Positions 35,146 to 45,157 of a DNA stretch of 64,000 nt are shown here, one piece after another. Where the stretch lies: the NCBI GenBank assembly GCA_947491025.1, contig CANLIC010000014.1, forward strand, positions 2,936 through 66,935. Reading direction: 5' to 3'. Within the stretch, counting starts at the first letter, position 1, and the number at the start of each line of letters is the position of its first letter. Below the pieces are notes generated by a model, which saw only the letters and a list, made by a program, of their open reading frames with translations, was not told where the DNA came from and ran no database searches. A program made the position numbers and the translations under genes. This DNA comes from Myxococcales bacterium (GTDB taxonomy: Bacteria > Myxococcota_A > UBA9042).

Positions 35146-36464
35146 AACGCCATCGCCCCAGCGCCGGCTTCGAAGGTCGCGCCAAGCCGGATCAACGCGT
35201 CGATCGCCTCGATCCGACTCGCCATCCGCTGGACCTCCTGGCGAACGGCGTCGGCAGCCACCTCGCTCGGCGCAACAGCGAATCCAGCCATGATGGCATG
35301 CAGAGAGGCGCGCTCAGCCCGAAGCGCCTGCGCGCGCTCGAGCGGCTGCCAGACACCCGCCACGGCGCCGGGCCGCAGCAGGAGCGCGACGCCGGCCTTG
35401 CCCTGGCGGTGGATGTCGGCAAAGACGGCGTGCTCCACGGACTCCAGTGTCGTGGTCTGCTCGGCGCCTTCACTGCCAAGAAAGGCATGAATCTCAGGAA
35501 CATCAGCCGCGATCCGATGCAACTCCGGACGTTTGAGCGTCGTCAAGGCGACAATGATCTGCGCGCCCTGTGCCTGGGCGGCCCGCACGCCCCGGCGGGC
35601 CGCGACGATCGGATCGTCGAAGTTGAGCCCTTTATCGAGCAAGATCGGGCCCTTGCCGGTCGTCAGCGGGGACGCCAGGCCGAGGATGCCGACGCGCACG
35701 CCGTTCAAGCTCAGCATCACGGCGGCCGGCAGCGGCTGGGCACGGGCGGCGTTTCCGGTTGCTTTGGAGGTCGGCAGCCAGGTCAGGGAAGAAGAGACCA
35801 GCGCGATCTTGTGCTTGCGGGCCAAGCGCTGGAGCTCAGGCAGGCCGATCGACAGCTCGTGGATGGCGGCGTGCAGCACCCGAACGCCCATGTGAGCCCA
35901 GGCGGCGAAGTAGAGCTCGGCCCGCGCCTGTCGCAGCCCCTCGGGTTCGGTGCCGTCACCGGGCTGGGCGCAGAGCGCGCCGCCGACGTGCACGCCCTGC
36001 AGCCCGCCGACCTGCGACCGGACCAACGCCGTCCACGTCGCGCGCCGGCCGAGGCCGCCGAGGGGGTTGTTCGGGCAGGCGCAGGGCTCCAGCTCGCCGG
36101 CCTCATGGCCGTGGACAGACAAGGCCAGCCACTGCCGGTCGACCTCGGGCATCGTCGACGCCTCAGGCAGCGGCGCTGGCATCGCCTTCTGCGCAAGGCG
36201 CGCTTCGAGCGGATCGTCAATGCGTAGCTGTTGGATCTCCTGCAAGATCTTGCGCTGGACTGCCAGGGCGGCCTGCATTTGGGGGCGCAAGAGGCTCGCC
36301 GGCCGGGCTGGAGCGTCCGCCTTCGGGGCATCTGGCGAGGGCGCCACTGGCGAAGGGGTCGCGCGACTGAAGAAATGCAGTGCCGCGCCGCCGAGCGCGA
36401 TGGCGAGCAGGGCAGCCAGCCACAGCGCCCGCGACCTCCTGCTCCGCTCGCCGTCTGCCGCCAT
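35046..36464 (-). CDS. Membrane-anchored 5'-nucleotidase/metallophosphoesterase-like protein (degenerate motifs)
   Basis: ATG 36464 is followed by a TM anchor (LWLAALLAIALGGAAL). Supporting segments are LSVHGHEAGELEPCACPNNPLGGLGRRATW and later GILGLASP / IIVALTT. The functional call is tentative. Confidence 0.55.
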   Translation of the reverse strand: MAADGERSRRSRALWLAALLAIALGGAALHFFSRATPSPVAPSPDAPKADAPARPASLLRPQMQAALAVQRKILQEIQQLRIDDPLEARLAQKAMPAPLPEASTMPEVDRQWLALSVHGHEAGELEPCACPNNPLGGLGRRATWTALVRSQVGGLQGVHVGGALCAQPGDGTEPEGLRQARAELYFAAWAHMGVRVLHAAIHELSIGLPELQRLARKHKIALVSSSLTWLPTSKATGNAARAQPLPAAVMLSLNGVRVGILGLASPLTTGKGPILLDKGLNFDDPIVAARRGVRAAQAQGAQIIVALTTLKRPELHRIAADVPEIHAFLGSEGAEQTTTLESVEHAVFADIHRQGKAGVALLLRPGAVAGVWQPLERAQALRAERASLHAIMAGFAVAPSEVAADAVRQEVQRMASRIEAIDALIRLGATFEAGAGAMALWTQPLDQTLASEPWTQSRVDRHLTLFPQSAGR

Positions 36465-36586
36465 CCCGCTCCCGTGGGCCAGGGCTCCCCGGCGGCCGAC
36501 GATAGCAACCGCGCCCGGCGTTGACCATCGCGGCCAGCGCCGCGTAGCCTGCCAGCCCTTGCCCGCTGCAAAGCCGAGGTGCGACG

Positions 36587-38239
36587 TTGCCGCCAGACGA
36601 GCCCGAGTCCTCCCAAGCGCCGGGGCACACCGACCCACACGCCCCAGCCGCGACCGACGCGCAGGCAGCCGAGCCCAACGGGTCAGCGCCCCTCGTCGAC
36701 CAAGCCGATGCGGCGACGCCCATGCGCACGGCCCTGCTGCTCGTCGCGGCCATCGGCGTGCTCTACCTCGCGACCAGCGCCAACTTCTTGGCACAGCCGT
36801 CGCCGCACTTCCACTTCACCGACATGGCGGCGAGCTGGCTCGACGGCCGCCTTGACTCCGACACCCCGCGGCGACGCGGCGGTGTACCCGGCCGACCCGA
36901 CGACCGCCCTGGCCTGCAGGCTGCCATCGACCGCGCCACCGACAACGGCCGCTCCGGCTGGAACGATTGGGCCTCCTACCGCGTGCTGCGCCTGGCCGGT
37001 GGCGAGGAAGTGCGCGGCGTTTTCCCCTACAAAGACGTGCCCGGCCCGCGCCAGCACGAGTTCTGGACCGTCGATGGCACGGCGATGGTCATCGACCCGA
37101 CGCGCGACCTCGCGAAGGGCTGCGAGACCGACCGGCCGACGGCGCCCTGCGACCGCATCGTGTACCAGGTCTCGTTTCCGCCCTTCCCGGCCCTGCTGGT
37201 GTTGCCCTTCGTCGCCGTCATCGGCTACCACACGCCCGATGTCCTGCTGACCCTGCTCTTTGCGCTGCTCGGGCCACTGCTGCTGCTGCGCTGGCTCGAT
37301 CGCTGGCGGCAAGAGGGGCTCATCCAGTTCGCCGTGGCCGAGCGGCTCTGGATGGTTGCGCTCTTCTCGCTCGGCACCGTCCTCTGGTACTGCTCGATTC
37401 GGGGCACCGTCTGGTTCTCGGCCTTGGCCATCGGCGTCCCGCTGCACGTCGGCTACTTGATGGCGGCCCAGGGGGCGCGCCGTCCTGCGCTGGCTGGGTT
37501 GCTGCTCGGTCTCGGCGTCGCGACGCGCACGCCTTTGCTCTTCGCGGCGGTCTTCCTACCTCTCGAGGCGCTTTTTCCAGACGGGCGGTGGCTCGGGGGT
37601 GAGGGTGGGCGCGGCCTGAAACGGGCCCTGGCCCAAATCGCCTGGTTCGCCTTGCCGATGGCGGTGATCGGAGGCGCGCTGGCCTGGTTCAACGAGGCGC
37701 GCTGGCAGAATCCCTTGGAGTTCGGACATTTCTACCTGCTCGAGGGCACGCGAGCGCCGACCCGCGACCACGGCCTCTTCAACTTTCACTTTCTGAACCA
37801 CAACCTCGGCGCGGCGCTCACCAACCTACCGAAGCTGGTCAGCGTCCCGCCCTACTTTTTGGTGTCGCGCCACGGTCTTGGCACGCTGGCAGCGACGCCG
37901 GCCCTGCTGCTGCTGATGGCCTGCCGATTCCCGCACGCGCCCACCGACGCGCCGGTCGTCACCAGCGATCCGCTCGCCAGTCGCCGCCGCGCACTGTCGC
38001 GCCACCTCGGCCTGACGGTCGCAGCCATCGCCGTGCCGGGCCTGCTCTATCAGAACGACGGCTGGCAGCAGTTCGCCTACCGCTTCGCTGTCGACCTCTG
38101 GCCACCGCTCCTCGGCGTCTTGGCCCTGCACGTCGGCCGCGTCGATCGCCGCGTCAAGGCGCTGATCTTGATTTCGATTGTAATTCAGCTGTTCGGCGCC
38201 ATCACCTTCGGCCGATTCGAGCAATTCTACTACGACTAG
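36587..38239 (+). CDS. Polytopic GT-C fold (ArnT/PMT-like) glycosyltransferase-family membrane protein
   Basis: There are about 10 or more hydrophobic helices and a large first loop after TM1, giving an ArnT-like layout. The start is TTG 36587, or alternatively ATG 36722. Confidence 0.6.
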   Translation: MPPDEPESSQAPGHTDPHAPAATDAQAAEPNGSAPLVDQADAATPMRTALLLVAAIGVLYLATSANFLAQPSPHFHFTDMAASWLDGRLDSDTPRRRGGVPGRPDDRPGLQAAIDRATDNGRSGWNDWASYRVLRLAGGEEVRGVFPYKDVPGPRQHEFWTVDGTAMVIDPTRDLAKGCETDRPTAPCDRIVYQVSFPPFPALLVLPFVAVIGYHTPDVLLTLLFALLGPLLLLRWLDRWRQEGLIQFAVAERLWMVALFSLGTVLWYCSIRGTVWFSALAIGVPLHVGYLMAAQGARRPALAGLLLGLGVATRTPLLFAAVFLPLEALFPDGRWLGGEGGRGLKRALAQIAWFALPMAVIGGALAWFNEARWQNPLEFGHFYLLEGTRAPTRDHGLFNFHFLNHNLGAALTNLPKLVSVPPYFLVSRHGLGTLAATPALLLLMACRFPHAPTDAPVVTSDPLASRRRALSRHLGLTVAAIAVPGLLYQNDGWQQFAYRFAVDLWPPLLGVLALHVGRVDRRVKALILISIVIQLFGAITFGRFEQFYYD

Positions 38240-38279
38240 ACGGCCAACCGATTCGAGGCAGCTCGGCTGCGGAGGGTGA

Positions 38280-39656
38280 ATGTCAGCGGAACCCAAAGAC
38301 AATGGCGGCCCCGCGCTCGAGTCCATCGAGGAGTGCGCGGACTGGCTGCGACGGGGCAGCAAGCCCGAGGCCGAGTGGCGCATCGGCGCCGAATACGAGC
38401 GCCTGGTCTTCGACGACGCCGGGCAACAGGCCGACTACGAGGGCCCCAAAGGCATCCGCGCCGTGCTGGAGGGGCTCGCCTCGCGCTTTGGCTGGACACC
38501 GGTTCTCGAGGATGGCCGCCCCATTGCGCTGCAGCGCGGCCAGGCCGGCATCAGCCTGGAGCCGGCCGGGCAGCTCGAGCTCTCTGGCGCGCCGCTGCGC
38601 CATGTTTCCGACTTCGTTCGCGAACGCGACGAGCACCTCGCTGAGGTCGCGGCGATCTGCGAGCCGCTGGGCCTGCACACCGCGCTCGTCGGCATTCACC
38701 CGCTGGCGACGGCAGACTCGACGCCGAAGGTCCCCAAGCACCGCTACACGATGATGCGTGCCCGAATGCCCGAAGTCGGCACCCGCGGGCTCGACATGAT
38801 GCACCTGACCTGCACGGTCCAGGTCAACCTCGACTACGGCGATGAGGCCATGGCGATGGAGATGATGCGGCTCGGCATGCTCTCCGCGCCGGTGCTCATC
38901 GCCCTGTTCGCGGCGTCGCCGTGGCGTCACGGCCGCCCAAGCGGCATGGCAAGTGCGCGCGCCTTCATCTGGGAGGACGTCGAGCCCGCGCGCTGCCTGC
39001 CTGGCGCGTGGATCTACGATCCGGCCGCGACATTTACCGATCACGCCGCTTGGGCCTTCGATGTGCCGCTCTACTTCGTACGCCACCGCGACGCCAACGG
39101 CCAGCTCTTGACCCTGCTCCCCGAGCGCAAGGGCGCGACGTTCCGCAGTTTCTTCGAGGACGGCGACCGCGGCCGCCGCCCCAACCTGTCGGACTTCGCC
39201 CTGCACCTCTCGACGCTCTTCCCCGACGTCCGCTGCAAGGGCGTCATCGAACTGCGCGCCTGCGACTGCGTGCCGCCAGACCTGCTGCCTGGCCTGCCTG
39301 CCCTAGCCAAAGGCCTTTTCTACGACGCCGCCAGCCGGCGCGCCGCTTTGGCGCTGCTGCGCGACGGCGACGCCAGCGTCGACCGATTGGCGCTGCGACA
39401 CGCGGCGGTACGGCAAGGACTGGACGGGCGACTCGGCGACCTCGCCCTCGGCCCCCTGGCGGTGGCGCTGCTCGACCTGGCGCGGCTCGGCCTGGAGCGA
39501 ATTGCTCCGCGCTGGGGCGAAGATCCCGCAGCCCTGGCGGCGATCGACGGCCTCGACGCCATCGCCCGCGGCGAGCGGACTCCGCTGTGGCGGGAGATCG
39601 ACGAGGCGCTGCGGGCAAAACCGAGCCTGCTCGCGCTGCGACGCTTCGGCGTTTGA
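38280..39656 (+). CDS. gshA: Glutamate--cysteine ligase, plant/proteobacterial type (GCS2 family)
   Basis: Motifs are RIGAEYERLVFD, ISLEPAGQLELSGAPL and FPDVRCKGVIELRACD. Confidence 0.85.
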   Translation: MSAEPKDNGGPALESIEECADWLRRGSKPEAEWRIGAEYERLVFDDAGQQADYEGPKGIRAVLEGLASRFGWTPVLEDGRPIALQRGQAGISLEPAGQLELSGAPLRHVSDFVRERDEHLAEVAAICEPLGLHTALVGIHPLATADSTPKVPKHRYTMMRARMPEVGTRGLDMMHLTCTVQVNLDYGDEAMAMEMMRLGMLSAPVLIALFAASPWRHGRPSGMASARAFIWEDVEPARCLPGAWIYDPAATFTDHAAWAFDVPLYFVRHRDANGQLLTLLPERKGATFRSFFEDGDRGRRPNLSDFALHLSTLFPDVRCKGVIELRACDCVPPDLLPGLPALAKGLFYDAASRRAALALLRDGDASVDRLALRHAAVRQGLDGRLGDLALGPLAVALLDLARLGLERIAPRWGEDPAALAAIDGLDAIARGERTPLWREIDEALRAKPSLLALRRFGV

Positions 39657-39737
39657 TGGGCGTCGAGCACGCCTGCGACCGCTGCCGATGGGACGAGCGG
39701 AGCAGCGCGGCGGAGACGACCTCTTCGAGGCCGGTGC

Positions 39738-40262
39738 CTACTCCACGACGATGGGCAGGTTCAGGGTCTCGCTGAGCACAAAGCACTGCTCATCATTGCA
39801 GATCGAAAAGCGCCCCGTCAGCGCCAAGTTGCCGCGGCCAGCGGCCGTGGCGACGACGGGGACCGCGACGACGCCCGTCTTGTCGTCGATCTTCACGTCG
39901 CCATCCTTGAGGCTCAGCTTGTCGCGCTCCGAGCGCGCGAAAGGCGCCGCAGCGACCGTGAACTTCGTCGGAAATTCCGCATTGAACTTCATGCCCTTGG
40001 CCGGCTCGATGCGCAGCCTGGCGACCTTCTTCTCGCCGGACTTCAGCGTCACAGTCTCGGCGACGACGGTGTACTGCTTGCCGCCGGCAGACGCGGCGGC
40101 CGGCACCTCAGCCCCAGCCTGAGGCGGCGCCGGCGTCCCTGCGCCGGCCGGAGCCGTCGCGGCGGTGGCGCTCGCGGCATCGGCCTTTTGCTGGCAGCCG
40201 GCGACCAGCAGGGCGCAGAAGGTGAGGCTGAAGAGGGGGGTACGGAATGCGCGTGCGTTCAT
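39738..40262 (-). CDS. Lipoprotein with a DsbD N-terminal-like (thiol:disulfide interchange, PF11412-like) domain
   Basis: ATG 40262 is followed by the lipobox LLVAGC. The fold looks like a beta-sandwich, ending in GRFSICNDEQCFVLSE (a C-x4-C motif typical of nDsbD-like domains). Confidence 0.6.
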   Translation of the reverse strand: MNARAFRTPLFSLTFCALLVAGCQQKADAASATAATAPAGAGTPAPPQAGAEVPAAASAGGKQYTVVAETVTLKSGEKKVARLRIEPAKGMKFNAEFPTKFTVAAAPFARSERDKLSLKDGDVKIDDKTGVVAVPVVATAAGRGNLALTGRFSICNDEQCFVLSETLNLPIVVE

Positions 40263-40506
40263 CGAGGGCTCCTCGGGCGGCGACTCGGGCCGCTGCCGAC
40301 CCAGTGGCGTCCACACATGCGGGGGACGGGCCAGCGGCAGCGCATGATGCCGACCCCGGCTGGGGAGTCAACGCTTGACGGCAGCACTTGATTCCGGCGC
40401 GGTCGTGGATGCCCGACAGCGCCCGAAGGGCAGAGGGCCATTGTCGCAGGGGCCGTGCGACCCGACTGGCTTGACGGACAGACGAGCGCCCCCCACCATC
40501 TGGGCC

Positions 40507-41472
40507 ATGGGCAACCGAGCACAACGTGGGTCCTGCGCGCCACCGACCACCGCGAAGTTGCGGGCAGCGCCGACGCTCATACGCCGGGTTCTGTGCCTTG
40601 CGCTGACGGCGGGTTTGGTCAGCGTCTCAGCCCCGACCCAACAGGCGCTGGCGCAGAGCAAAGACGACCTGACCAAGGCCGAGACGCTGGCGCTGCAGGC
40701 CAAGTTCAAGTTCAAGGCCGGTGAGTTCGCTGCGGCTGCGGAGCTCTACATCACGGCGTTCACGCTCGGCCGCAAGCCAGCGCTTCTCTTCAATGCCGCG
40801 CGCGCCTACGAAGAGGCGCAGCGCTACCGCGAGGCCAAGGCGGCGTTCGAGCAGTTCTTGAGCCTGGCAGGCAGCGGCGAGAGCGGCCGCGACGACGCCA
40901 AGGCGCGCATCGAGGCCCTGGAGGCCAAAATCGCCGCGGAGGCCGCGACCCCGCCCGCGCAGCCAACGCAGCCAACGCAGCCAACGCAGCCAACGCAGCC
41001 AACGCCGACGGACAAGGCGCCTCAACAGCCGCCAACGCAGACGGCGCCAGGGGCGCAGCCTGCGGCGGCGTCGCAGTCGCCGACCCTGACGGCACAGGCG
41101 CCAAGCCCGGAAGGTCCCTCGAAGATCTTGAGTTGGTCGCTGGTCGGCGGCGGCTCGGTGTTTGCCCTCATCGCGCTGGCGACCATCGGCGGTGGGGTGG
41201 CACGCGCCGACGCAGCCAACGCGATGGACTTCGCGGCCGTAGACGCCAAGACCAAGTACAAGGCCGAGTTCGACGCCGCTGAGGGCAGCGTCACGGGCGG
41301 CGCGGTGTTCTTGGTGGTTGGTCTGGGGCTCGCTGGCTGGGGAGCGTGGCGCCTCATGTCGACTCCGGCTTCGCCGGCGCCTGTTGCGAGCGCCCGGGTC
41401 TGGGCGAGCCCGACGCTGCTTCCTGGACCGGACGGCGTCGGATCGGGGCTCATCGTCGGCGGGAGCTTCTGA
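40507..41472 (+). CDS. Signal-peptide protein with a TPR-like helical domain, a PTQ repeat linker, a TM hairpin and a C-terminal GSGLIVGGSF
   Basis: The TPR-like segment is AELYITAFTLGRKPALLFNAARAYEEAQRYREAKAAFEQFL, followed by (QPT)x5. The TM segments are LVGGGSVFALIALATIGGGV and GGAVFLVVGLGLAGWGAW. Confidence 0.7.
   Translation: MGNRAQRGSCAPPTTAKLRAAPTLIRRVLCLALTAGLVSVSAPTQQALAQSKDDLTKAETLALQAKFKFKAGEFAAAAELYITAFTLGRKPALLFNAARAYEEAQRYREAKAAFEQFLSLAGSGESGRDDAKARIEALEAKIAAEAATPPAQPTQPTQPTQPTQPTPTDKAPQQPPTQTAPGAQPAAASQSPTLTAQAPSPEGPSKILSWSLVGGGSVFALIALATIGGGVARADAANAMDFAAVDAKTKYKAEFDAAEGSVTGGAVFLVVGLGLAGWGAWRLMSTPASPAPVASARVWASPTLLPGPDGVGSGLIVGGSF
40960..41004 (+). repeat. Five perfect tandem copies of the 9-bp unit cagccaacg (QPT repeat)
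   Basis: I read the copies directly at 40960, 40969, 40978, 40987 and 40996. Confidence 0.9.
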
Positions 41473-42560
41473 TGCCAAAGACCTCGAGGTCGTGGGTCAG
41501 CGCGCCCCAAATCGGGCTGCTCGGCTGCCTGTTGGCCGCTCTCGGTCTGCTCGGTTGCCTGCCCGATCGCTTCAGCGACGCCGAGCTGGACCAGAAGACC
41601 GCGAACGCCGTCAAGCTCGCCAGCTGCCGAATGCAGGCGTCGTGCGCGCTGGCAAGTGGCTGCGCCGGCGACAAGACCTGCCAGGCTGCCTGCAGCGCCG
41701 GCGCCGCAAGCGCGGTGGTCACCCGGGTCAACGCGGTCGTGGACTGCCGCGCCTCCTGCGTCACCAAGTGGTGCCCGGGCGCGACCGGCAGCAGCCTGGC
41801 CGAGTGCGAGAACAACTGCCTGGCCTACCAGTGCGCTGGCGAAATGCTGGCCTGTGCGACCCCGACCGCCACCGGGTCGAGCACCTGCCTCGACTTGTTC
41901 CCCTGTCTGGCCGGCTGCGCCCAGCCGGTTGTGACCGATGGTGTCGCCTGCGTGGCAAAGTGCAGCGACTTGCTAGCGAGCGCGGAGCTCAACGTGACCA
42001 CCGGGCTCGCCAACTGCCTGTCAGCGTCGGGCAAGGCGGGTACGAAGGCCTCGGATGCTTGCACCAGCGAGTTCGCCGGCTGCTACGCCGGCGGGGTCAC
42101 GGGCGCCTCGCTCTGCCACGAGGCATTCGGTTGCCTGGAGGCATGCGCCAAGACCGGCAAGGCCGAAAGCGCCTGCACGCGCGAGTGCATGGCGAAGCTG
42201 ACCAACACCGCGCAGACCCAGTTTGTCACCTACCTGCAGTGCGTCGACGACAACAATGGCCAGTTCCAGCCATGCAAGCCGAGCATGATCGCTTGCGCCG
42301 ATCCGCAAGGGACGGCTCCTTGCAGCAAGATGTTCGAGGACACCAAGAAGTGCCTGCAGGTCAACGGGACCTCGGCCAGCGGCAGCTGCGTTGCGACAGC
42401 GTTGCGGTCCGGCAAGCCGCAGGCCGCGATGCCGTATCTCGACTTGCTGACGTGCTACAGCACGGATTGCGCTCAGGTCTGCGAGAAGACTCCGGCCCAG
42501 TGCAACATTTGCCTGACCACCAAGTGCGGCGCCAAGCAGGGCGCCTGCACCAAGAGCTAG
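41472..42560 (+). CDS. Cysteine-rich lipoprotein (apparently helical type; unrelated to the CxDGNxC repeats)
   Basis: The ATG overlaps the upstream TGA (TGATG). The lipobox is LGLLGC. More than 40 Cys occur in recurring CLxxxC / CxxxC / CxxC contexts, such as CLAYQCAGEMLAC, CLDLFPCLAGC, CHEAFGCLEAC and CNICLTTKC. Confidence 0.75.
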   Translation: MPKTSRSWVSAPQIGLLGCLLAALGLLGCLPDRFSDAELDQKTANAVKLASCRMQASCALASGCAGDKTCQAACSAGAASAVVTRVNAVVDCRASCVTKWCPGATGSSLAECENNCLAYQCAGEMLACATPTATGSSTCLDLFPCLAGCAQPVVTDGVACVAKCSDLLASAELNVTTGLANCLSASGKAGTKASDACTSEFAGCYAGGVTGASLCHEAFGCLEACAKTGKAESACTRECMAKLTNTAQTQFVTYLQCVDDNNGQFQPCKPSMIACADPQGTAPCSKMFEDTKKCLQVNGTSASGSCVATALRSGKPQAAMPYLDLLTCYSTDCAQVCEKTPAQCNICLTTKCGAKQGACTKS

Positions 42561-42605
42561 CGCAGCGCGGTTGCGCCGTCGACGGCCGCGCGCCTGGCGC
42601 CCTGG

Positions 42606-43124
42606 TCAGGACGTGGGTGCGTGATCGCTGCGATCGAGTCCGTGCACCGGAGCAGCCGTCAAGGGCGCCATGAGCGTCCGCTCCAGCGCCTCCATGACCT
42701 CAGCTTCTGCGGCGCGCATATGGTCGTAGCCGAGCAGATGCAAGATCCCGTGCGTCAACAGGAACGCCGCCTCTTCTTGTACGCCGTAGCCGCACGCCGC
42801 GTCGCCCGTGGACCGCTGCCACGCGCGCTCGAGCGCAGCGGCCTGGCGGCGCGCCGTATCGAGAGAGATCACGACATCGCCGAGCAGCTCCTCGGTCCCG
42901 GGCATCGCCTCGCCCTCTTGTAGCGCGAAGCTGAGGACGTCGGTCACGGCGGCAATACCGCGCCATTCCTCATTGATCTCAGCGATGGCGGCGTCATCGA
43001 CCAGCTGGACATCGACGACGCCGCGGCTGCGGCCACAGGCCTTGAGCACCGCTCGGCCATGACGGGCCAGCGCCACGCGATCGACGCGCACATGGCGACA
43101 CTGCTGGACGACGGAGACCGGCAT
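42606..43124 (-). CDS. ybeY: Endoribonuclease YbeY (rRNA maturation)
   Basis: It has the HGILHLLGYDH zinc motif. Its start overlaps the phoH stop. Confidence 0.92.
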   Translation of the reverse strand: MPVSVVQQCRHVRVDRVALARHGRAVLKACGRSRGVVDVQLVDDAAIAEINEEWRGIAAVTDVLSFALQEGEAMPGTEELLGDVVISLDTARRQAAALERAWQRSTGDAACGYGVQEEAAFLLTHGILHLLGYDHMRAAEAEVMEALERTLMAPLTAAPVHGLDRSDHAPTS

Positions 43125-44149
43125 CAGGCCTCGCCGCCGCGCGCCTGGCTGTCACGGGCGTAAGCCGAGGCGATTCGGGCCACCACCGGGTGGCGGACCA
43201 CGTCGTCGCGGGTCAGGTGGACGATCTCGATGCCTTCGACGCCGTCCAAGATCTCCAGAGCGTGGCGGAGGCCCGAGCGCTGGTGCCGCGCCAGGTCGCT
43301 CTGGCTCGGGTCGCCCGTGATGACGACCTTGCTGTCGTGGCCCATGCGGGTCAGCAGCATCGCCATCTGCTCGACCGTGCAGTTCTGCGCTTCGTCGAGG
43401 ATGATGAACGAACTCGCGAGGGTACGGCCACGCATGAAGGCAAGAGGCGCCACTTCGACGCGGCCGCGCTCCAGGAGGCGCTCGACGCGCTCGGCCTCCA
43501 TCAGGTCGCCGAGGGCGTCAAGCAGCGGGCGCAGGTAGGGGTTGATTTTCGCCAACATATCACCGGGCAAGAAGCCTAGCTTCTCTCCGGCTTCCACCGC
43601 GGGTCGGGTCAGCACGATGCGCTTGACCTGATGCCGCTCAAGGGCATCGACGGCCATCGCCACGGCCAAGAACGTCTTGCCGGTGCCGGCGGGCCCGCAG
43701 CCAAAGACCACGTCGGCGCGTCCAATGGCCTCGACGTAGTGGCGCTGATTCACGGTACGCGCTAGCTCGCCGCGCCGCCCGGGGAGGGCCGAGAGAGCGC
43801 GCGGCGCGCCGGCGGCATCATCGCTGTCCGCCAGACGCCGCAGCGCCTCGCCATCGAGCGGTCGACCGCGCTCGAAGCGCTCGCGAGCGGCTAGCACCAG
43901 CGCCTCGAGCTGATCGAGCGCTGGCGCCGTGCCGTCCGCCCGCAGCCCGCCATCGCGCACTTGCAGCCGCACGGCGAAGCGCTCCTCAAGCCAGCGCAGG
44001 TTGCGGTCCCGCTCACCGAGCAGCGACTGCAGCGCCGAAGCGTCGCCGACGGCGACCTGACGTCGCTCGATGGCGACGGCGTCGCCAGGGGCCCGGGCTG
44101 CCGCGGTGGCGTCAGCGGTGCTGCGAGCGGCGAGGGGCGAGTCGGCCAT
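43124..44149 (-). CDS. phoH: PhoH-like ATPase (YbeZ)
   Basis: Motifs are [16 protein letters not shown] and [10 protein letters not shown] prefer ATG 44149 (MADSPLAA) as the start. Confidence 0.9.
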   Translation of the reverse strand: MADSPLAARSTADATAAARAPGDAVAIERRQVAVGDASALQSLLGERDRNLRWLEERFAVRLQVRDGGLRADGTAPALDQLEALVLAARERFERGRPLDGEALRRLADSDDAAGAPRALSALPGRRGELARTVNQRHYVEAIGRADVVFGCGPAGTGKTFLAVAMAVDALERHQVKRIVLTRPAVEAGEKLGFLPGDMLAKINPYLRPLLDALGDLMEAERVERLLERGRVEVAPLAFMRGRTLASSFIILDEAQNCTVEQMAMLLTRMGHDSKVVITGDPSQSDLARHQRSGLRHALEILDGVEGIEIVHLTRDDVVRHPVVARIASAYARDSQARGGEA

Positions 44150-44177
44150 TGACGTAGGACCTCTGTGGCGGCGCGGC

Positions 44178-44954
44178 CTAGGCCTCGGCGTCGACGATGA
44201 GCGAGGCCCCGACCGGCAGGGGCGCATGCCGTAACCAAGCGGCTTCACTCGCGAACACGGCGGCCAACGCCCCATTGAATGGCTCGGGAACCTCTGCCAC
44301 GTCGCTGGTGGGCGTCTGGGTCGACGCGCGTTTGCCGCGCAGCCTGCCGAGCACCCGCACCGCAGCGATGGGCGGCAGCAAGAAGCCGTTGTAATACGAA
44401 GCGTGGCGGATCTTGAACCCGGCCTGCCGTAGGCGCTCCAGCAGCTCAGCTCGGTGGTAGCGACGAAAGTGGTGCAGCGCCTCGTCGTGCTCGCTCCAGA
44501 GCCAGCGCAGCGCCGGTACAGTCGTCACCAAGCGTCCACCGGGACGCAGGGCGCGTCGCACCGCCGCCATCGCCGCCACGTCGCCCTCGACGTGCTCAAA
44601 AACGTCCATCGACAGCGCGAGGTCGAAGCCGCCGTCGCGCAAGGGCAGCGCCGGCAAGCCGCCGCGCACGACCTGCAGGCCGCGCGAGCGGGCGAACGCG
44701 ACACCGGCGGCCGCGTACTCGACGCCGAGCACCTGGCAGCGCGGGCCGAAGTGGCTGGCCACCCGCGTCAGCATCCCGCCGGTGCCAGCGCCGACGTCGA
44801 CGATGCGCAGCGTCGACCCGGGTTCTGCTGACCCGCCTCGGCCTGACTCCTCGACGGCGCGAACGACCCAATCGAGCACCACGGCCCGCGAGCCGCGGAA
44901 CCAGAAGTGCCGCTCCTCGGCTTCGAACATCTTGCGGTATTCGTCGAGCTCCAT
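44178..44954 (-). CDS. Class I SAM-dependent methyltransferase
   Basis: Supporting segments are [19 protein letters not shown], motif I ([10 protein letters not shown]) and the post-I/II segments ([21 protein letters not shown]). Confidence 0.85.
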   Translation of the reverse strand: MELDEYRKMFEAEERHFWFRGSRAVVLDWVVRAVEESGRGGSAEPGSTLRIVDVGAGTGGMLTRVASHFGPRCQVLGVEYAAAGVAFARSRGLQVVRGGLPALPLRDGGFDLALSMDVFEHVEGDVAAMAAVRRALRPGGRLVTTVPALRWLWSEHDEALHHFRRYHRAELLERLRQAGFKIRHASYYNGFLLPPIAAVRVLGRLRGKRASTQTPTSDVAEVPEPFNGALAAVFASEAAWLRHAPLPVGASLIVDAEA

Positions 44955-45157
44955 GGGGCGGGGAGTCTGGCAGAAGCCGGCCGCCATCTCAAGGCGGTGC
45001 TGGCACCGTGCTGGAGGTCGCGCCGGCCGGGCGCCGATCGCGCGCCGACCGATGCGTCAGCCTGTGACCTGCCCCCACCCGAGCGCCCTTGCGGCAGCGC
45101 CAGCAGCCGCCTAGGCTGGCCAAGGTCGAGCGAAGGACAACACGCGAGGAGAGGCAG

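Noticed and set aside
42565-42591. A GC-rich hairpin (GCGCGG...CCGCGC around the palindrome GCCGTCGACGGC) between the convergent Cys-rich lipoprotein gene and ybeY, considered as a bidirectional intrinsic terminator.
   Set aside because: The outer stem is only 6 bp, the interior is poorly paired, and there is no U-tract on either strand. I could not support any convincing rho-independent terminator in this window.
44955-45157. A sigma-54-like CTGGCACCGTGCTGGA in the methyltransferase/ssb divergent region.
   Set aside because: The -12 element reads TGGA instead of TTGC, so this is only a -24-like half match.
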